Below, piece after piece: positions 9,791-20,952 of a DNA stretch of 64,000 nucleotides. The position numbers and the translations under genes were made by a program. How positions within the stretch are numbered: the first letter of the stretch is position 1; each line of letters starts with the position of its first letter. The notes under the pieces were generated by a model. That model had not been told where the DNA came from and searched no databases. It was given only the letters and a program-made list of their open reading frames with translations. Origin of the DNA: Candidatus Microbacterium stercoravium (GTDB taxonomy: Bacteria; Actinomycetota; Actinomycetes; Actinomycetales; Microbacteriaceae); the NCBI GenBank assembly GCA_019117025.1, contig DXAM01000140.1, positions 49,092 to 113,091 on the forward strand. Direction: 5' to 3'.

Positions 9791-9822
9791 GAACGGGCCG
9801 CCCCCGAGGGGACGGCCCGTTC
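9791..9822. terminator. Bidirectional hairpin terminator between convergent genes
   Basis: GAACGGGCCG (9791-9800) pairs perfectly with CGGCCCGTTC (9813-9822), followed by TTCTTCG. Confidence 0.6.
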
Positions 9823-9831
9823 TTCGTGGAA

Positions 9832-11598
9832 TCAGACGATCTGCAGCAGCTGGTGGCCGGAGCTGACCGTCTTGCCGACCGGTGCGTCGATCTTCTCGAC
9901 GCGTCCGTCCTTGTGGGCGGTGAGCGGCTGTTCCATCTTCATCGCCTCGAGCACGACCACGAGGTCGCCCTTGACGACTTCCTGGCCCTCCTCGACGGCG
10001 AGCTTGACCACGGTCGCCTGCATGGGCGACTTCAGGGCATCGCCGGATGCGCCGCTCGAGACGCCCGATGCCTGGTGGCTGCGGCGCGAGGGCGGCGCGT
10101 TGACGGGGCGCCCCGAGCCGCTCGGCTGTGTGATGCGATCCGGCAGCGTCACCTCGACGCGCTTTCCGGAGACCTCGACGACGACGCTGTGGCGCCCCTC
10201 GGCTGCCGCCGCGTCCTGCACCTCGCCGTCCCACGCGGGGAGCTGGTTGTCGAACTCGGTCTCGATCCAGCGGGTGAAGATCGCGAACGGGCCCGACTCG
10301 GGGGCGAACGCGGGGTCGCTGACCACGGCGCGGTGGAAGGGGATCACGGTGGGCAGGCCGGCGATCTCGAACTCGTCGAGCGCACGGCGCGAGCGCTCGA
10401 GCGCCTCCTCGCGCGTGGATCCGGTGACGATCAGCTTCGCGAGCATCGAGTCGAACGCGCCGCTGATCTCATCGCCCGCGGTCACGCCGGAATCGACGCG
10501 CACGCCGGGGCCGCCCGGCTGCTTGAACGCCTGCACGGGGCCCGGCTGCGGCATGAAGCCGCGCCCCGGGTCCTCGCCGTTGATGCGGAACTCGAACGAG
10601 TGGCCCTCGGGGGCGGGGTCGTCGTAGTCGAGCGTGCCGCCCGCGGCGATGCGGAACTGCTCGCGCACGAGGTCGATGCCCGTGATCTCCTCGCTCACCG
10701 GGTGCTCGACCTGCAGGCGCGTGTTCACCTCGAGGAAGGAGATGGTGCCGTCGGCACCGACGAGGAACTCGCAGGTGCCGGCTCCGACGTAGCCGACCTC
10801 CTTGAGGATGGCCTTCGACGCGTTGTACAGCGTTGTGTTCTGCTCGTCGGTCAGGAACGGCGCGGGGGCCTCCTCGACGAGCTTCTGGTGGCGGCGCTGC
10901 AGCGAGCAGTCGCGCGTCGAGATGACGACGACGTTGCCCTCGGCATCGGCCAGGCACTGGGTCTCGACGTGGCGGGGCTTGTCGAGGTACTTCTCGACGA
11001 AGCACTCGCCGCGTCCGAACGCCGCGACGGCCTCGCGCGTGGCCGACTCGAACAGCTCCGCAACCTCGTCGAGCTCGCGGGCGACCTTGAGACCGCGTCC
11101 GCCGCCGCCGTACGCGGCCTTGATGGCGATCGGCAGGCCGAACTCCTCGGCGAAGGCCACGACCTCGTCGGCCGAATCGACCGGGCCGGGGGTGCCGGGG
11201 GCCAGGGGCGCCCCGACCTTCTCGGCCACGTGGCGCGCGGTCACCTTGTCGCCGAGCGACTCGATGGCCTCGGGACCCGGGCCGATCCAGATGAGGCCGG
11301 ACCGCTCGACGGCGCGCGCGAACTCGGCGTTCTCCGCGAGGAATCCGTACCCCGGGTGCACGGCATCGGCCCCGGAGCGCCGGGCGACGGAGAGGATCTT
11401 GTCGATCACGAGATATGTGTCGGCGCTGGTCGAACCATCGAGCGAGTACGCCTCGTCGGCGAGCTTCGCGTGCAGCGCGTCTCGGTCCTGGTCTGCGTAG
11501 ACGGCGACGGAGCCGATTCCAGAGTCGCGAGCGGCGCGGATGATGCGCACGGCGATCTCTCCACGGTTTGCGATGAGCACCTTACGGATTACGGGCAT
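9832..11598 (-). CDS. Acetyl/propionyl-CoA carboxylase alpha subunit (biotin carboxylase plus BCCP, AccA3-like)
   Basis: [28 protein letters not shown]-terminus, an ATP-grasp core, and a C-terminal biotinyl-lysine motif VLEAMKMEQ. Confidence 0.93.
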   Translation of the reverse strand: MPVIRKVLIANRGEIAVRIIRAARDSGIGSVAVYADQDRDALHAKLADEAYSLDGSTSADTYLVIDKILSVARRSGADAVHPGYGFLAENAEFARAVERSGLIWIGPGPEAIESLGDKVTARHVAEKVGAPLAPGTPGPVDSADEVVAFAEEFGLPIAIKAAYGGGGRGLKVARELDEVAELFESATREAVAAFGRGECFVEKYLDKPRHVETQCLADAEGNVVVISTRDCSLQRRHQKLVEEAPAPFLTDEQNTTLYNASKAILKEVGYVGAGTCEFLVGADGTISFLEVNTRLQVEHPVSEEITGIDLVREQFRIAAGGTLDYDDPAPEGHSFEFRINGEDPGRGFMPQPGPVQAFKQPGGPGVRVDSGVTAGDEISGAFDSMLAKLIVTGSTREEALERSRRALDEFEIAGLPTVIPFHRAVVSDPAFAPESGPFAIFTRWIETEFDNQLPAWDGEVQDAAAAEGRHSVVVEVSGKRVEVTLPDRITQPSGSGRPVNAPPSRRSHQASGVSSGASGDALKSPMQATVVKLAVEEGQEVVKGDLVVVLEAMKMEQPLTAHKDGRVEKIDAPVGKTVSSGHQLLQIV

Positions 11599-11605
11599 GG
11601 ATTCG

Positions 11606-11611
11606 AGCCTA
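11606..11611 (-). promoter_or_regulatory. Putative -10 element for a leaderless accA3-like transcript
   Basis: On the minus strand: TAGGCT, 7 nt, then ATG 11598. A 6-bp hairpin GGCACG/CGTGCC (11615-11630) lies just upstream. Confidence 0.4.
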
Positions 11612-11676
11612 TTCGGCACGAGGCCGTGCCATTTGATTGACCTGCACAACATGCACGGCGTTTCGTGTGCGGATCA

Positions 11677-12315
11677 CTACGACGAGAGGTCCCACAGGCC
11701 GACCCAGTCGACGCCGAGTTCGCGCACGAGGCGCCGGATCGTCGAGAGCGACATGCCGACGACGGTCGACGGATCCCCCTCGACGCGCTCGATGAACGCG
11801 CCGCCCAGGCTGTCGACCGTGAACGCGCCGGCCACCGCGAGGGGCTCGCCCGTCGCGACGTAGGCGTCGATCTCGTCGTCGGTGATGTCGGACACGAACG
11901 TCACGCGCGCCTCGGCCGTGGCATCCGCGCGCGAGAGGGCGCCGTCGTCGACGCGGATCACGCTGTGCCCCGAGTGCAGGATCCCGGTCCTGCCGCGCAT
12001 CTCGCGCCAGCGCTCAGCGGCGCGCTCGGGCGTATGGGGCTTGCCGTACACGCGTCCGTCGAGCTCGAACATCGAGTCTCCGCCGATCACGATGCCGTCG
12101 AAATCATCGGCGAGCGAGACCGCGACGGCCTTCGCCTTCTCCTTCGCGAGGAACTGCACGTGCTCGGCGGGCGTGAGCGCGCGACCGAGCTGCGCCTCGC
12201 GCGCGGCGACCGCGGCATCCTCGTCGACGCCGGGCGACGCGAGCCGCGGTTCGATCCCGACCTGTCGCATCAGCATCAGACGGGCGGGGGACGTGGAAGC
12301 GAGACACACCTGCAT
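11677..12315 (-). CDS. maf: Maf-like nucleoside triphosphate pyrophosphatase / septum formation protein
   Basis: 213 aa from ATG 12315. Contains [36 protein letters not shown] and [28 protein letters not shown]. Confidence 0.88.
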   Translation of the reverse strand: MQVCLASTSPARLMLMRQVGIEPRLASPGVDEDAAVAAREAQLGRALTPAEHVQFLAKEKAKAVAVSLADDFDGIVIGGDSMFELDGRVYGKPHTPERAAERWREMRGRTGILHSGHSVIRVDDGALSRADATAEARVTFVSDITDDEIDAYVATGEPLAVAGAFTVDSLGGAFIERVEGDPSTVVGMSLSTIRRLVRELGVDWVGLWDLSS

Positions 12316-12321
12316 GCTCTG

Positions 12322-12327
12322 AGTCTT
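12322..12327 (-). promoter_or_regulatory. Putative -10 element for a leaderless maf transcript
   Basis: On the minus strand: AAGACT, 6 nt, then ATG 12315. Confidence 0.3.
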
Positions 12328-12373
12328 CCGCACCTTCGGCGGGAGCGGCGGCAGATCCGCGGCGAGGCGGTGG

Positions 12374-12379
12374 GAGAAT
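12374..12379 (+). promoter_or_regulatory. Putative extended -10 element for a leaderless methyltransferase transcript
   Basis: TGG-GAGAAT, 6 nt, then ATG 12386. Confidence 0.4.
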
Positions 12380-12385
12380 GGGCGG

Positions 12386-13603
12386 ATGCAGACAGGCGAC
12401 ATCGCAGAGCTCGAGATTTCCGGCGTCGCCCACGGCGGGGTGTTCATCGCTCGGCACGGGGAGGCGGGCTTCGTCGTGTTCGTGCCCGACGTGCTCCCCG
12501 GAGAACGGGTTCTCGCGCGCATCACGCAGGTGAAGAAGTCGTTCGCCCGGGCGGAGGTGCTCGAGGTGCTCGACGCCTCGCCGCATCGCGTACCGCACAT
12601 CTGGCGCCAGGCCTCGATCGACCGGCCCCCGGAGCTGCGTCCGGGCGGAGCGGACTTCGGCCACATCGAGCTCGGCCACCAGCGCGAGCTGAAGACGCGC
12701 GTGCTCACCGAGGCGTTCGACCGGTTCGCCGGCGGATCCGTGCGCACCGCGGTCGAGGCCGTGCCCGGCGACGAGCGGGGCGTGCGGTGGCGCACGCGCG
12801 TCGGTCTGCACGTCGACGGATCCGGCCGCGTCGGCCCGTTCGCGGCGCGCAGCCACGACGTGATCGACGTCGCCGACCATCCGCTCGCGACCGTCGGGAT
12901 CGAGCGCGTCGCGCTCGGGCTCGGGCGCGAGAAGCCGGGCCGGATCGACCTCGTGCAGCCGGCCGATGGCGAGGTGCGCGTGCTGCGCCGCCCCGACGAT
13001 CGCCGTCGGGGGAGGGGACCGAGGCCGGCCCCCGAGGTCGTGATCGAACGGGTCGCCGAGCGCGAGTTCCGGGTCGACGCCGACGGATTCTGGCAGGTGC
13101 ACCACGGGGCGGCGGCCGCGCTCGACCGGGCGGTGCGCGAGGCGCTCGCCGGCATCGAACCCGACGACGACGCGCACCACCTCGACCTGTACGGCGGCGT
13201 GGGCCTGTTCGCCGCAGCGCTGGCGGAGCGCGGGGGACGCGTGACCACGGTCGAGTCCTCCCCGCGCGCGACGCAGCACGCCCGCGACAACCTCGCCGAT
13301 CTCGGCGTGGAAGCCGTGACGGCCCGCGTGGAGCGCTTCGTCGAGCAGCTGCCGGCGGATCCGGCCCTCGCGGGCGGCGTGACCCTGCTGGATCCGCCGC
13401 GCGCCGGAGCGGGGGAGCAGGTCGTCACCCGCATCGCCGATCTCGGGCCGCGCGCGGTCGTCTACGTCGCGTGCGATCCGGTCGCGCTCGCGCGCGACGT
13501 GGGCATCTTCCGCCGCCTCGGATACGACCTCGACGCGGTGCGCGGCATCGACCTGTTCCCCGGTTCGCATCACGTCGAGGCGGTCGCCGTTCTGCGGAGA
13601 TGA
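12386..13603 (+). CDS. TRAM-domain class I SAM-dependent RNA (uracil-5-) methyltransferase, RumA/TrmA family
   Basis: N-terminal TRAM-like domain ([17 protein letters not shown]), SAM motif [18 protein letters not shown], and catalytic-region [13 protein letters not shown]. Confidence 0.82.
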   Translation: MQTGDIAELEISGVAHGGVFIARHGEAGFVVFVPDVLPGERVLARITQVKKSFARAEVLEVLDASPHRVPHIWRQASIDRPPELRPGGADFGHIELGHQRELKTRVLTEAFDRFAGGSVRTAVEAVPGDERGVRWRTRVGLHVDGSGRVGPFAARSHDVIDVADHPLATVGIERVALGLGREKPGRIDLVQPADGEVRVLRRPDDRRRGRGPRPAPEVVIERVAEREFRVDADGFWQVHHGAAAALDRAVREALAGIEPDDDAHHLDLYGGVGLFAAALAERGGRVTTVESSPRATQHARDNLADLGVEAVTARVERFVEQLPADPALAGGVTLLDPPRAGAGEQVVTRIADLGPRAVVYVACDPVALARDVGIFRRLGYDLDAVRGIDLFPGSHHVEAVAVLRR

Positions 13604-13661
13604 ACACGCGACGCGCCGATCCGTTGTGCACGTCCGCCAAGGGCGAGACGCATGCCGCGGA

Positions 13662-13667
13662 TAGGGT
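13662..13667 (+). promoter_or_regulatory. Putative -10 element for a leaderless carboxyltransferase transcript
   Basis: TAGGGT, 7 nt, then GTG 13675. Confidence 0.4.
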
Positions 13668-13674
13668 GGAACGC

Positions 13675-15261
13675 GTGACCGAACCGGACATGACGACCAC
13701 CGCAGGCAAGATCCAGGATCTGCGCAACCGCTACGATGAGGCCGTTGTCGAGCCCGAGAAGGCGGCTGCCGCCAAGCAGCACGCCAAGGGCAAGCAGACC
13801 GCCCGGGAGCGCATCGAGCAGCTCATGGACCCCGGCAGCTTCGTCGAGCTCGACGAGTACGTGCGCCACCGCACCACGGCGTTCGGCATGGATCGCTCGC
13901 GCCCCTACGGCGACTCGGTCGTCACGGGAGTGGGGCGCATCCACAGCCGCGTCGTCGCCGTGTACTCGCAGGACTTCTCGACGTTCGGCGGATCGCTCGG
14001 CGAGGTCGCCGGCGACAAGATCCTGAAGGTCATGAAGTACGCGCTGCAGAACGGGCTGCCGATCGTCGGCATCCTCGATTCGGGCGGCGCGCGCATCCAG
14101 GAGGGCGTGCTCGCGCTCGGCAAGTACGCCGAGATCTTCCGCCTCAACACGCAGGCCTCCGGCGTGATTCCGCAGATCTCGATCGTCATGGGCCCGGCGG
14201 CCGGCGGCGCCGTGTACTCGCCGGCGCTGACCGACTTCGTGATCATGGTCGACAAGACGAGCCAGATGTTCGTGACCGGCCCCGACGTGATCAAGACCGT
14301 CACGGGCGAAGACGTCGGCATGGAGGAGCTCGGCGGTGCGCACACGCACAACACCCGTTCGGGCGTCGCGCATTACCTCGCCGACGACGAGGAGGATGCG
14401 CTCGACTACGCGCGCACGCTGCTCGGGTATCTGCCCGACACGAACATGTCGGACCCGCCCGACTTCGTCTCCGACTTCGAGTTCGAGACGAACGATCTCG
14501 ACCAGAAGCTCAACACGATCATCCCCGATTCGCCCAACCAGCCCTACGACATCCACGAGGTGATCGAGGTCATCGCCGACGGCGGCGAGTTCCTCGAGAC
14601 GCAGCCGCTGTTCGCACCGAACATCGTCGTCGGCTTCGCGCGCATCGAGGGCCGTTCGGTCGGCATCATCGCGAACCAGCCGCAGCAGATGGCCGGAACC
14701 CTCAACATCGAGGCCGGCGAGAAGGCTGCGCGATTCATGCGGTTCTGCGACGCGTTCTCGATCCCCGTCGTGACCCTCGTCGACGTTCCGGGCTATCTGC
14801 CCGGCACCGACCAGGAGTGGACGGGCGTCATCCGCCGCGGCGCGAAGCTGCTGTACGCCTACGCCGAGGCCACGGTTCCGCTCGTGACCATCATCCTGCG
14901 CAAGGCCTACGGCGGCGCGTACATCGTCATGGGATCCAAGCAGCTCGGCGCCGATGTGAACCTCGCGTGGCCGACGGCCGAGATCGCGGTGATGGGCGGC
15001 CAGGGCGCCGTGAACATCCTCTACCGCGGTGAGATCAAGAAGGCCGAGGCGGCCGGCGAAGACGTGCAGGCGGTGCGCACCAAGCTCGCCGACGAGTACG
15101 CGTACTCGGTGGCCTCGCCGTTCCTCGCGGCCGAGCGCGGCGAGCTCGACGGCATCATCGAGCCGGCGCAGACGCGCGTGATGATCGCGAAGGCGCTGCG
15201 CTCGCTGCGCCGCAAGCGCCTCGAGCTGCCGCCCAAGAAGCACGGGAACATCCCGCTGTGA
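13675..15261 (+). CDS. Acyl-CoA carboxylase carboxyltransferase beta subunit (AccD5/PccB-like)
   Basis: [37 protein letters not shown] and [11 protein letters not shown]. Start is GTG 13675 (leaderless geometry) or ATG 13690. The 1198-aa track ORF is a shadow extension. Confidence 0.92.
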   Translation: MTEPDMTTTAGKIQDLRNRYDEAVVEPEKAAAAKQHAKGKQTARERIEQLMDPGSFVELDEYVRHRTTAFGMDRSRPYGDSVVTGVGRIHSRVVAVYSQDFSTFGGSLGEVAGDKILKVMKYALQNGLPIVGILDSGGARIQEGVLALGKYAEIFRLNTQASGVIPQISIVMGPAAGGAVYSPALTDFVIMVDKTSQMFVTGPDVIKTVTGEDVGMEELGGAHTHNTRSGVAHYLADDEEDALDYARTLLGYLPDTNMSDPPDFVSDFEFETNDLDQKLNTIIPDSPNQPYDIHEVIEVIADGGEFLETQPLFAPNIVVGFARIEGRSVGIIANQPQQMAGTLNIEAGEKAARFMRFCDAFSIPVVTLVDVPGYLPGTDQEWTGVIRRGAKLLYAYAEATVPLVTIILRKAYGGAYIVMGSKQLGADVNLAWPTAEIAVMGGQGAVNILYRGEIKKAEAAGEDVQAVRTKLADEYAYSVASPFLAAERGELDGIIEPAQTRVMIAKALRSLRRKRLELPPKKHGNIPL

Positions 15262-15458
15262 CGAAGGAAGCCCTGGTGCGGGTCGAACACGGGTGCCCGA
15301 CGGAGGAAGAGCTCGCCGCGATCATCACGGTGCTGAACGAGCACTACGAGCAGGAGTCCGCGACCGCGACCGTCGCCGAGACCGGCACGGATCGCTGGAC
15401 GCACTCGCGGCGCATGCGCGACACGCGCCGTCGTGAGTGGGGCAGGTTCGCGGGGTGA
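15258..15458 (+). CDS. Acyl-CoA carboxylase epsilon subunit
   Basis: 66 aa. GTG start overlaps the beta-subunit stop (GTGA). Position and [11 protein letters not shown] motif match AccE-type peptides. Confidence 0.75.
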   Translation: MTKEALVRVEHGCPTEEELAAIITVLNEHYEQESATATVAETGTDRWTHSRRMRDTRRREWGRFAG

Positions 15459-16183
15459 CCCAGCCGGGTGCCGCGGCACATGTCGTGGAGGTGCCGTTCA
15501 CCGAGTCGACGAACGCCGACCTCCTTGCGGCGCTGCACGACGGTGAGCACTGGCCGCACCTCGGCGCGCTCGTCACGCGCGATCAGCGCGGCGGACGAGG
15601 ACGGCTCGATCGGCAGTGGGTCGCACCGCCCGGCGCCGCGCTCGCGATCTCGGTCGTGCTGCACGTCGCCGCCGTTCCGCTCCCGCGACGCGGCTGGATC
15701 CCGCTCGCCGCGGGAGCGGCGATGACCGATGCCGTGACCGCGCAGCTGCCGGGCGCGGGCGTGAAATGGCCGAACGACGTGCTCGTCGGCGGCCGGAAGA
15801 TCTGCGGAATCCTCGCCCAGGTCGCCGATACCGACACGATCGTGGTCGGCAGCGGCGTCAACACCCGGATGACGCCGGCCCAGCTGCCCACACCGACGGC
15901 GACCTCCTTCGCCGCCGAGGGCGTCGACGTCGACGAGACCCGACTCATCGCCGACTACCTGCGCCGGTTGGGCGAGCTGATGTCGGCGCTGGAGCGCGGA
16001 TCCATCGCCGATGTCGTGACGGCGCGCTGCACGACGATCGGCCAGCGCGTCACCGCGCACCTTCCGGGCGGCGAGCGTCTGACGGGGCTCGCGCGGGGCC
16101 TCGACGACCGGGGCTGCCTCGTGATCGACGGCGTTCCCCGCCCCGTCTCGGTCGGCGACATCGTGCACCTCCGTCCGGCCTGA
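15437..16183 (+). CDS. birA: Biotin--[acetyl-CoA-carboxylase] ligase, group I (no N-terminal HTH)
   Basis: TRDQRGGRGRLDRQWVAPPGAALAISVVL and KWPNDVLVGGRKICGIL. An alternative GTG 15455 overlaps the epsilon-subunit stop. Confidence 0.88.
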   Translation: MGQVRGVTQPGAAAHVVEVPFTESTNADLLAALHDGEHWPHLGALVTRDQRGGRGRLDRQWVAPPGAALAISVVLHVAAVPLPRRGWIPLAAGAAMTDAVTAQLPGAGVKWPNDVLVGGRKICGILAQVADTDTIVVGSGVNTRMTPAQLPTPTATSFAAEGVDVDETRLIADYLRRLGELMSALERGSIADVVTARCTTIGQRVTAHLPGGERLTGLARGLDDRGCLVIDGVPRPVSVGDIVHLRPA

Positions 16184-16196
16184 TCCGACCGAGTCT

Positions 16197-16241
16197 CCCC
16201 TTCGGCGCGGCTCTGACCGCCGGATGACTGCGCCGAAGGGG
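16197..16241 (+). terminator. Hairpin downstream of birA
   Basis: 12-bp perfect stem CCCCTTCGGCGC (16197-16208) / GCGCCGAAGGGG (16230-16241) with a 21-nt loop. No U-tract. Confidence 0.4.
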
Positions 16242-16293
16242 GACATGGTGCGGAATCGGCCGCGCGCCGACGCCGGATCCTGGTGCTGAGCGA

Positions 16294-16299
16294 GAGAAT
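16294..16299 (+). promoter_or_regulatory. Putative -10 element for a leaderless PH-domain protein transcript
   Basis: GAGAAT, 6 nt, then ATG 16306. Same geometry as at 12374. Confidence 0.4.
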
Positions 16300-16305
16300 G
16301 GATCC

Positions 16306-16824
16306 ATGGAACAGCACGAGCTCCGCATCGCGACCTTCCGTCGCGGCGCCGGCTGGCTCGCCGTGTCCGCGATCGTGCTGATCGCGGTGGCCGGCACCAC
16401 GGCCTACTTCCTGACGAACCTCCCCGCGCCCTTCGAAGACTGGATGCTCCTCGCCGCCGCCGCAGCCGTCGTGCTGTTCGCCGTCGTGCTGCCGTGGTGG
16501 ACGTGGGCCTCGCGCAGCTATGTCGTGACGACCCGTCGCGTCATCGAGATGCGCGGCCTCATCATCCGGCGTCGTCGCGAGATGCTGCACCAGGTGGGCT
16601 ACACCATCGAGATGTCGCGCGGACCGATGCAGCGCGTGTCCGGCCGCGGCACGCTCGTGCTCGGCTCGGGCGACGGCGCGGTGACGATGCACGACGTCCA
16701 TGCGCCGAAGCTGGTGCGCGAGACCCTCAGCGATCAGATCGAGGTGTGCCAGATCCTCGCGCACCGACAGGCGCAGCAGCAGGCGGCGGATCCGTTCCTG
16801 CAGCGAGACGCGCTCCGGACCTGA
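16306..16824 (+). CDS. Membrane protein with bacterial PH (bPH_2/YdbT-like) domain
   Basis: Two N-terminal TM helices, then YVVTTRRVIEMRGLIIRRRREM...GTLVLGSGDG. The position between birA and purK matches the Mtb Rv3277/Rv3278c-type proteins. Confidence 0.7.
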   Translation: MEQHELRIATFRRGAGWLAVSAIVLIAVAGTTAYFLTNLPAPFEDWMLLAAAAAVVLFAVVLPWWTWASRSYVVTTRRVIEMRGLIIRRRREMLHQVGYTIEMSRGPMQRVSGRGTLVLGSGDGAVTMHDVHAPKLVRETLSDQIEVCQILAHRQAQQQAADPFLQRDALRT

Positions 16825-16830
16825 AACAAT
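16825..16830 (+). promoter_or_regulatory. Putative -10 element for a leaderless purK transcript
   Basis: TGAAACAAT context. AACAAT, 6 nt, then ATG 16837. Confidence 0.35.
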
Positions 16831-16836
16831 AGGGCC

Positions 16837-17958
16837 ATGACGAAGCGTGTCGGTGTGATCGGTGGCGGCCAGCTGGCCCGAATGATGATCGCTCCGGCGA
16901 GCGAACTCGGGATCGAGATCCGGGTGCTCGCCGAGCAGAACGGGATGTCGGCGAAGCTCGCTGCCACGGCCACGGGCGATTATCGCGACCTCGGCACCGT
17001 GCGGGCATTCGCGGCGGACGTCGACGTGGTCACGTTCGATCACGAGCACGTTCCGCAGCAGGTGCTGCGCGCGCTCGTCGACGACGGCATGGCGGTCCAC
17101 CCCGGACCCGATGCGCTGCAGTACGCGCAGGACAAGCTCGTCATGCGCCAGAAGCTCGCCGAGATCGGCGTGCCGCAGCCCGACTGGGCCGGCGTCTCCG
17201 CACCCGACGAACTGCAGGCGTTCCTCGACGACCACGGCGGGCGCGCCGTCGTGAAGACGCCGCGCGGGGGATACGACGGCAAGGGCGTGCGCATGATCGC
17301 CTCGGCCGAGGAGGCCGCCGACTGGTTCGAGTCGTTCGCGGGGGAGAGGATCCTGGTGGAGGAGCTCGTCGACTTCCGGCGCGAGCTGGCCCAGCAGGTC
17401 GCCCGCCGCCCGTCGGGAGAGATGGTGCCGTATCCGGTGGTCGAGACGGTGCAGAAGCACGGCGTATGCGCGGAGGTCTTCGCACCGGCCCCGCGCGCGT
17501 CGGAGCGCACGGTCGAACTCGCCGCGCGCATCGGCGTCACGATCGCCGAGCAGCTCGGGGTCACCGGCGTGTTCGCCGTCGAGCTGTTCGAGACGACGGA
17601 TGAGCGGCTCCTCGTCAACGAGCTGGCGATGCGGCCGCACAACAGCGGCCACTGGACGCAGGACGGCGCGGTGACGAGCCAGTTCGAGCAGCACCTGCGG
17701 GCGGTGCTCGACCTGCCGCTCGGATCCGCGGATCCGGTCGCCGAGGCGACCTGCATGATCAACATCCTCGGCGGCCCTGCGGGCGCCGAGATCGACGACC
17801 GGTTCGCCCGCGCGATGCGCGCGCAGCCGTCGGCGAAGATCCACACGTACGGCAAGTCGCCGCGCCCGGGGCGCAAGGTCGGTCACGTGAACGTCGCGAG
17901 CGACAGCATCGATGATGCGGCCTATGCCGCCCGGGCCGCCGCCGCACACTTCGACTGA
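16837..17958 (+). CDS. purK: 5-(carboxyamino)imidazole ribonucleotide synthase
   Basis: 373 aa. VGVIGGGQLARMM N-terminus with an ATP-grasp core, directly upstream of purE. Confidence 0.92.
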   Translation: MTKRVGVIGGGQLARMMIAPASELGIEIRVLAEQNGMSAKLAATATGDYRDLGTVRAFAADVDVVTFDHEHVPQQVLRALVDDGMAVHPGPDALQYAQDKLVMRQKLAEIGVPQPDWAGVSAPDELQAFLDDHGGRAVVKTPRGGYDGKGVRMIASAEEAADWFESFAGERILVEELVDFRRELAQQVARRPSGEMVPYPVVETVQKHGVCAEVFAPAPRASERTVELAARIGVTIAEQLGVTGVFAVELFETTDERLLVNELAMRPHNSGHWTQDGAVTSQFEQHLRAVLDLPLGSADPVAEATCMINILGGPAGAEIDDRFARAMRAQPSAKIHTYGKSPRPGRKVGHVNVASDSIDDAAYAARAAAAHFD

Positions 17959-18054
17959 GCACCATGACCCGATCAATGCGGCTCTGACGAGCTCTTTCCC
18001 GGCCCAAGTGGGACACGGCGGGCGGGGTTCTCAGGAGATCACAAAGAGGTCACA

Positions 18055-18060
18055 TACCCT
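18055..18060 (+). promoter_or_regulatory. Putative -10 element for a leaderless purE transcript
   Basis: TACCCT, 6 nt, then GTG 18067. Confidence 0.35.
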
Positions 18061-18066
18061 CGTAGA

Positions 18067-18576
18067 GTGCTTCACTCCTCCGAAAAGCCGCTCGTCGGCG
18101 TCGTCATGGGCTCCGATTCCGATTGGCGCGTCATGCAGGACGCCTCGTCTGCCCTGACCGAGTTCGGCATCGCCCACGAGGTCGAGGTCGTCTCCGCGCA
18201 CCGCACCCCCGACAAGCTCATGAGCTACGGTCGCGAGGCGCGCGGGCGCGGGCTCCGGGCGATCATCGCGGGGGCCGGAGGCGCTGCGCACCTGCCGGGC
18301 ATGCTCGCCTCGCTCACCGCGCTCCCCGTGATCGGCGTGCCGGTGCAGCTGAAGACGCTCGACGGGCTCGATTCGCTGCTGTCGATCGTGCAGATGCCCG
18401 CGGGGATCCCCGTTGCCACCGTGTCGATCAACGGCGCGAAGAACGCGGGCCTGCTCGCCGGGCGCATCATCGGATCGGGCGACCCCGAGGTCGCCGACCG
18501 CGTCGAGGCCTATGCCGCGGAGCTCGAGCGCCAGGTCGAGGAGAAGAACGCGCGTCTCAAGGACTCCCTTTCGTGA
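18067..18576 (+). CDS. purE: 5-(carboxyamino)imidazole ribonucleotide mutase
   Basis: 169 aa with [11 protein letters not shown] and [10 protein letters not shown]. Confidence 0.93.
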   Translation: MLHSSEKPLVGVVMGSDSDWRVMQDASSALTEFGIAHEVEVVSAHRTPDKLMSYGREARGRGLRAIIAGAGGAAHLPGMLASLTALPVIGVPVQLKTLDGLDSLLSIVQMPAGIPVATVSINGAKNAGLLAGRIIGSGDPEVADRVEAYAAELERQVEEKNARLKDSLS

Positions 18577-20000
18577 CGCTCTCCGCCGAACGCACGGCGG
18601 GCTCTGTCGTCCACCAGCGTCCGATGCGCAGGCCCGACGCGGCGAACGGGAAGATGATGACCCGCCGCGGCTGGTGGCTCATCGTGCTGAACTTCCTGAT
18701 CCCCGGATCCGCGCAGGCGCTCGCGGGGAACAAGCGGCTCGGCCGATTCGGACTGCGGCTGACCCTGCTGATGTGGGTTCTGGTCATCATCGCCGTGCTC
18801 GGCGCGCTGCTCTGGCGCACCGCTGCGCTCGCGGTCATCACGTTCCCGATCACGCTGCCGGCGCTGGCCGTGATCCTCGCGATCTACACGGTCGTCTGGG
18901 TCATCCTGTCGATCGACACCCTGCGCCTCGTGCGCCTCGTGAAGACGCGCGCACCGCAGCGCTTCTTCATCCTCGTGCTGGGGCTGCTGCTCGCGGCCGT
19001 GCAGGGCGTCGGGGGAGCGTTCGGCGCATCGACGCTGTTCACCTCGAGCGGGTTCCTGAACGACAACTTCTCCAACGCGGCACCCGTCGTGCCGCCGAGC
19101 GACGGCTACTACAACGTGCTGCTGCTCGGCGCCGACTCGGGCGAGGGCCGTGACTCGCTGCGCTACGACAGCATCTCGGTGATCTCGATCAACGCCGATA
19201 CGGGCGCGATCACGATCACCGGCGTGCCGCGCGACCTCGAGCATGCGCCGTTCAGCGAGGGCAGCCCGATGCTCGCGGAGTTCCCCACGCGGTTCGAGGG
19301 GCGCGCCGACCCCGAGTGCGGCTGGTCGAGCGGCATCAACCAGCTCACGAACGCGGTCTCCTTCTGCCGCGAAGACAGCGGCAAGAGCCTGTATCCCGAC
19401 GCCGAGAAGCACGATTCGCACCCGGCGGTCGAGGCGACGAAGGACGCGGTCGAGGGCCTCACCGGCCTCGAGATCCCGTACTACGTGTCGATCGACATGC
19501 AGGGCTTCGCCGCGCTGATCGACGCGGTCGGCGGAGTCGACATCACGGTCGACCAACGACTGCCCGAGGGCGGCGGACCCGCATACGAGGGCCAGCCCGC
19601 CGAGGAATGGGCGACCGGATGGATCGAGCCGGGCCCGCAGAAGATGAACGGCGAGACGGCGCTCTGGTACGCCCGCTCGCGCTACACGACGAGCGACTGG
19701 GATCGCATGCAGCGCCAACGCGAGCTGCAGACGGCGGTGCTCAGCCAGATGACGCCGCAGAACCTGCTCACGCGCCTCGAGGAGGTCGCGGACGCGGGCA
19801 CGGCCGTGCTCGAGACCGATGTGCCGCGCGCGCTCGTGCCGACCTTCCTCGACCTCGCCGTCGATGCCCGCACGCAGGAGATGGCATCGCTCGAGCTCAA
19901 CCCCGACAGCGGCATCGATCAGGTCGAGCCCGACGTGGCTCTGATCCACCAGATGGTGCAGGATGCGCTGCATCCCGCGACCGAGGCGCCGGCTGAGTGA
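18573..20000 (+). CDS. LytR-CpsA-Psr (LCP) family glycopolymer-peptidoglycan ligase with multi-TM N-terminus
   Basis: [44 protein letters not shown] is the LCP core. GTG 18573 overlaps the purE stop (GTGA); ATG 18624 is the alternative start. Confidence 0.85.
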   Translation: MTLSAERTAGSVVHQRPMRRPDAANGKMMTRRGWWLIVLNFLIPGSAQALAGNKRLGRFGLRLTLLMWVLVIIAVLGALLWRTAALAVITFPITLPALAVILAIYTVVWVILSIDTLRLVRLVKTRAPQRFFILVLGLLLAAVQGVGGAFGASTLFTSSGFLNDNFSNAAPVVPPSDGYYNVLLLGADSGEGRDSLRYDSISVISINADTGAITITGVPRDLEHAPFSEGSPMLAEFPTRFEGRADPECGWSSGINQLTNAVSFCREDSGKSLYPDAEKHDSHPAVEATKDAVEGLTGLEIPYYVSIDMQGFAALIDAVGGVDITVDQRLPEGGGPAYEGQPAEEWATGWIEPGPQKMNGETALWYARSRYTTSDWDRMQRQRELQTAVLSQMTPQNLLTRLEEVADAGTAVLETDVPRALVPTFLDLAVDARTQEMASLELNPDSGIDQVEPDVALIHQMVQDALHPATEAPAE

Positions 20001-20079
20001 GCGCTCCCAGACTCCCGCGATCGCGGGCGATAGGATCCAAGGTGACATTCTGCGGTGACGATCTGCGAGGCGCGCTTCT

Positions 20080-20952
20080 GTGACGAGTATCGATCTGAGT
20101 GAATACGACGTGCCCGGGCGCGGGCGCGGGCTGGCCGACGTCGTGCGCTGGCGCTACCTGCTGACGCTGCTGATCCGCAAGGGCACCGCGACGCGCTACC
20201 GCAACTCGGTGCTCGGCTGGACCTGGTCGTACGTCAAGCCGCTGGTGCAGTTCTTCATCTACTTCGCCGTGATGGGCGTCATCTTCGGCATGGACCGCGG
20301 CACCGACAACTACCCGCTGTACCTGTTCGCGGGCTTCATCACGGTGCAGTTCTTCAACGAGGCGTTCGGAAACGCCACGAGCTCCGTCGTCGGCAACAAG
20401 GCGCTCGTCAAGAAGATCTATCTGCCGCGCGAGCTGTTCCCGATCGCGGCCACGGCGGGGGCATTCGTGCACTTCCTGCCGCAGCTCGCGATTCTGCTCG
20501 TCGTCGCGTTCGTGTACGGATGGGTGCCCGGCATTCTGAACATCGGCGCGATCGTGCTCGGACTGCTGATCATCGCGATCATCGCATTCGGGCTCGGGCT
20601 GCTGTTCGCCGGCATCAACGTGCGCTTCCGCGATATCGAGAACTTCGGCGAGGTCATCCGCCAGCTCGCCACCTGGGCCTCACCCGTGCTGTACACGTGG
20701 CAGCTGATCGAAGAGCACCTCGGCGACGTGATGCTGTACGTGTATATGTGCAACCCGATCACGGTCGCCGTCGAACTGATGCACTACGGCTTCTGGAAGC
20801 CGACCGTGGCACAGCATCAGGGCGGTTGGGAAGGCTTCGCCCCCCACTTCGGCGAGCACGTCGGCATCGCCATCATCATCAGCCTTGCGTTCGTCGTGAT
20901 CGGACAGCTCACGTTCCGCCGCTTCGAGCGCACTTTCGCCCAGGACGTGTGA
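20080..20952 (+). CDS. ABC-2 type polysaccharide/teichoic-acid export permease (Wzm/TagG/RfbD-like), copy 1
   Basis: 290 aa and six predicted TM segments. RYRNSVLGWTWSYVKPLVQFFIYFAVM is typical of ABC-2 permeases. GTG start. Confidence 0.85.
   Translation: MTSIDLSEYDVPGRGRGLADVVRWRYLLTLLIRKGTATRYRNSVLGWTWSYVKPLVQFFIYFAVMGVIFGMDRGTDNYPLYLFAGFITVQFFNEAFGNATSSVVGNKALVKKIYLPRELFPIAATAGAFVHFLPQLAILLVVAFVYGWVPGILNIGAIVLGLLIIAIIAFGLGLLFAGINVRFRDIENFGEVIRQLATWASPVLYTWQLIEEHLGDVMLYVYMCNPITVAVELMHYGFWKPTVAQHQGGWEGFAPHFGEHVGIAIIISLAFVVIGQLTFRRFERTFAQDV

Noticed and set aside
8884-15261. Very long ORFs 8884-11640(+), 11665-15261(+) and 11677-13434(-)
   Set aside because: Only the C-terminal portions matching AccD5 and Maf are protein-like. 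The rest is antisense to AccA3, the methyltransferase or the Lpd-like gene.
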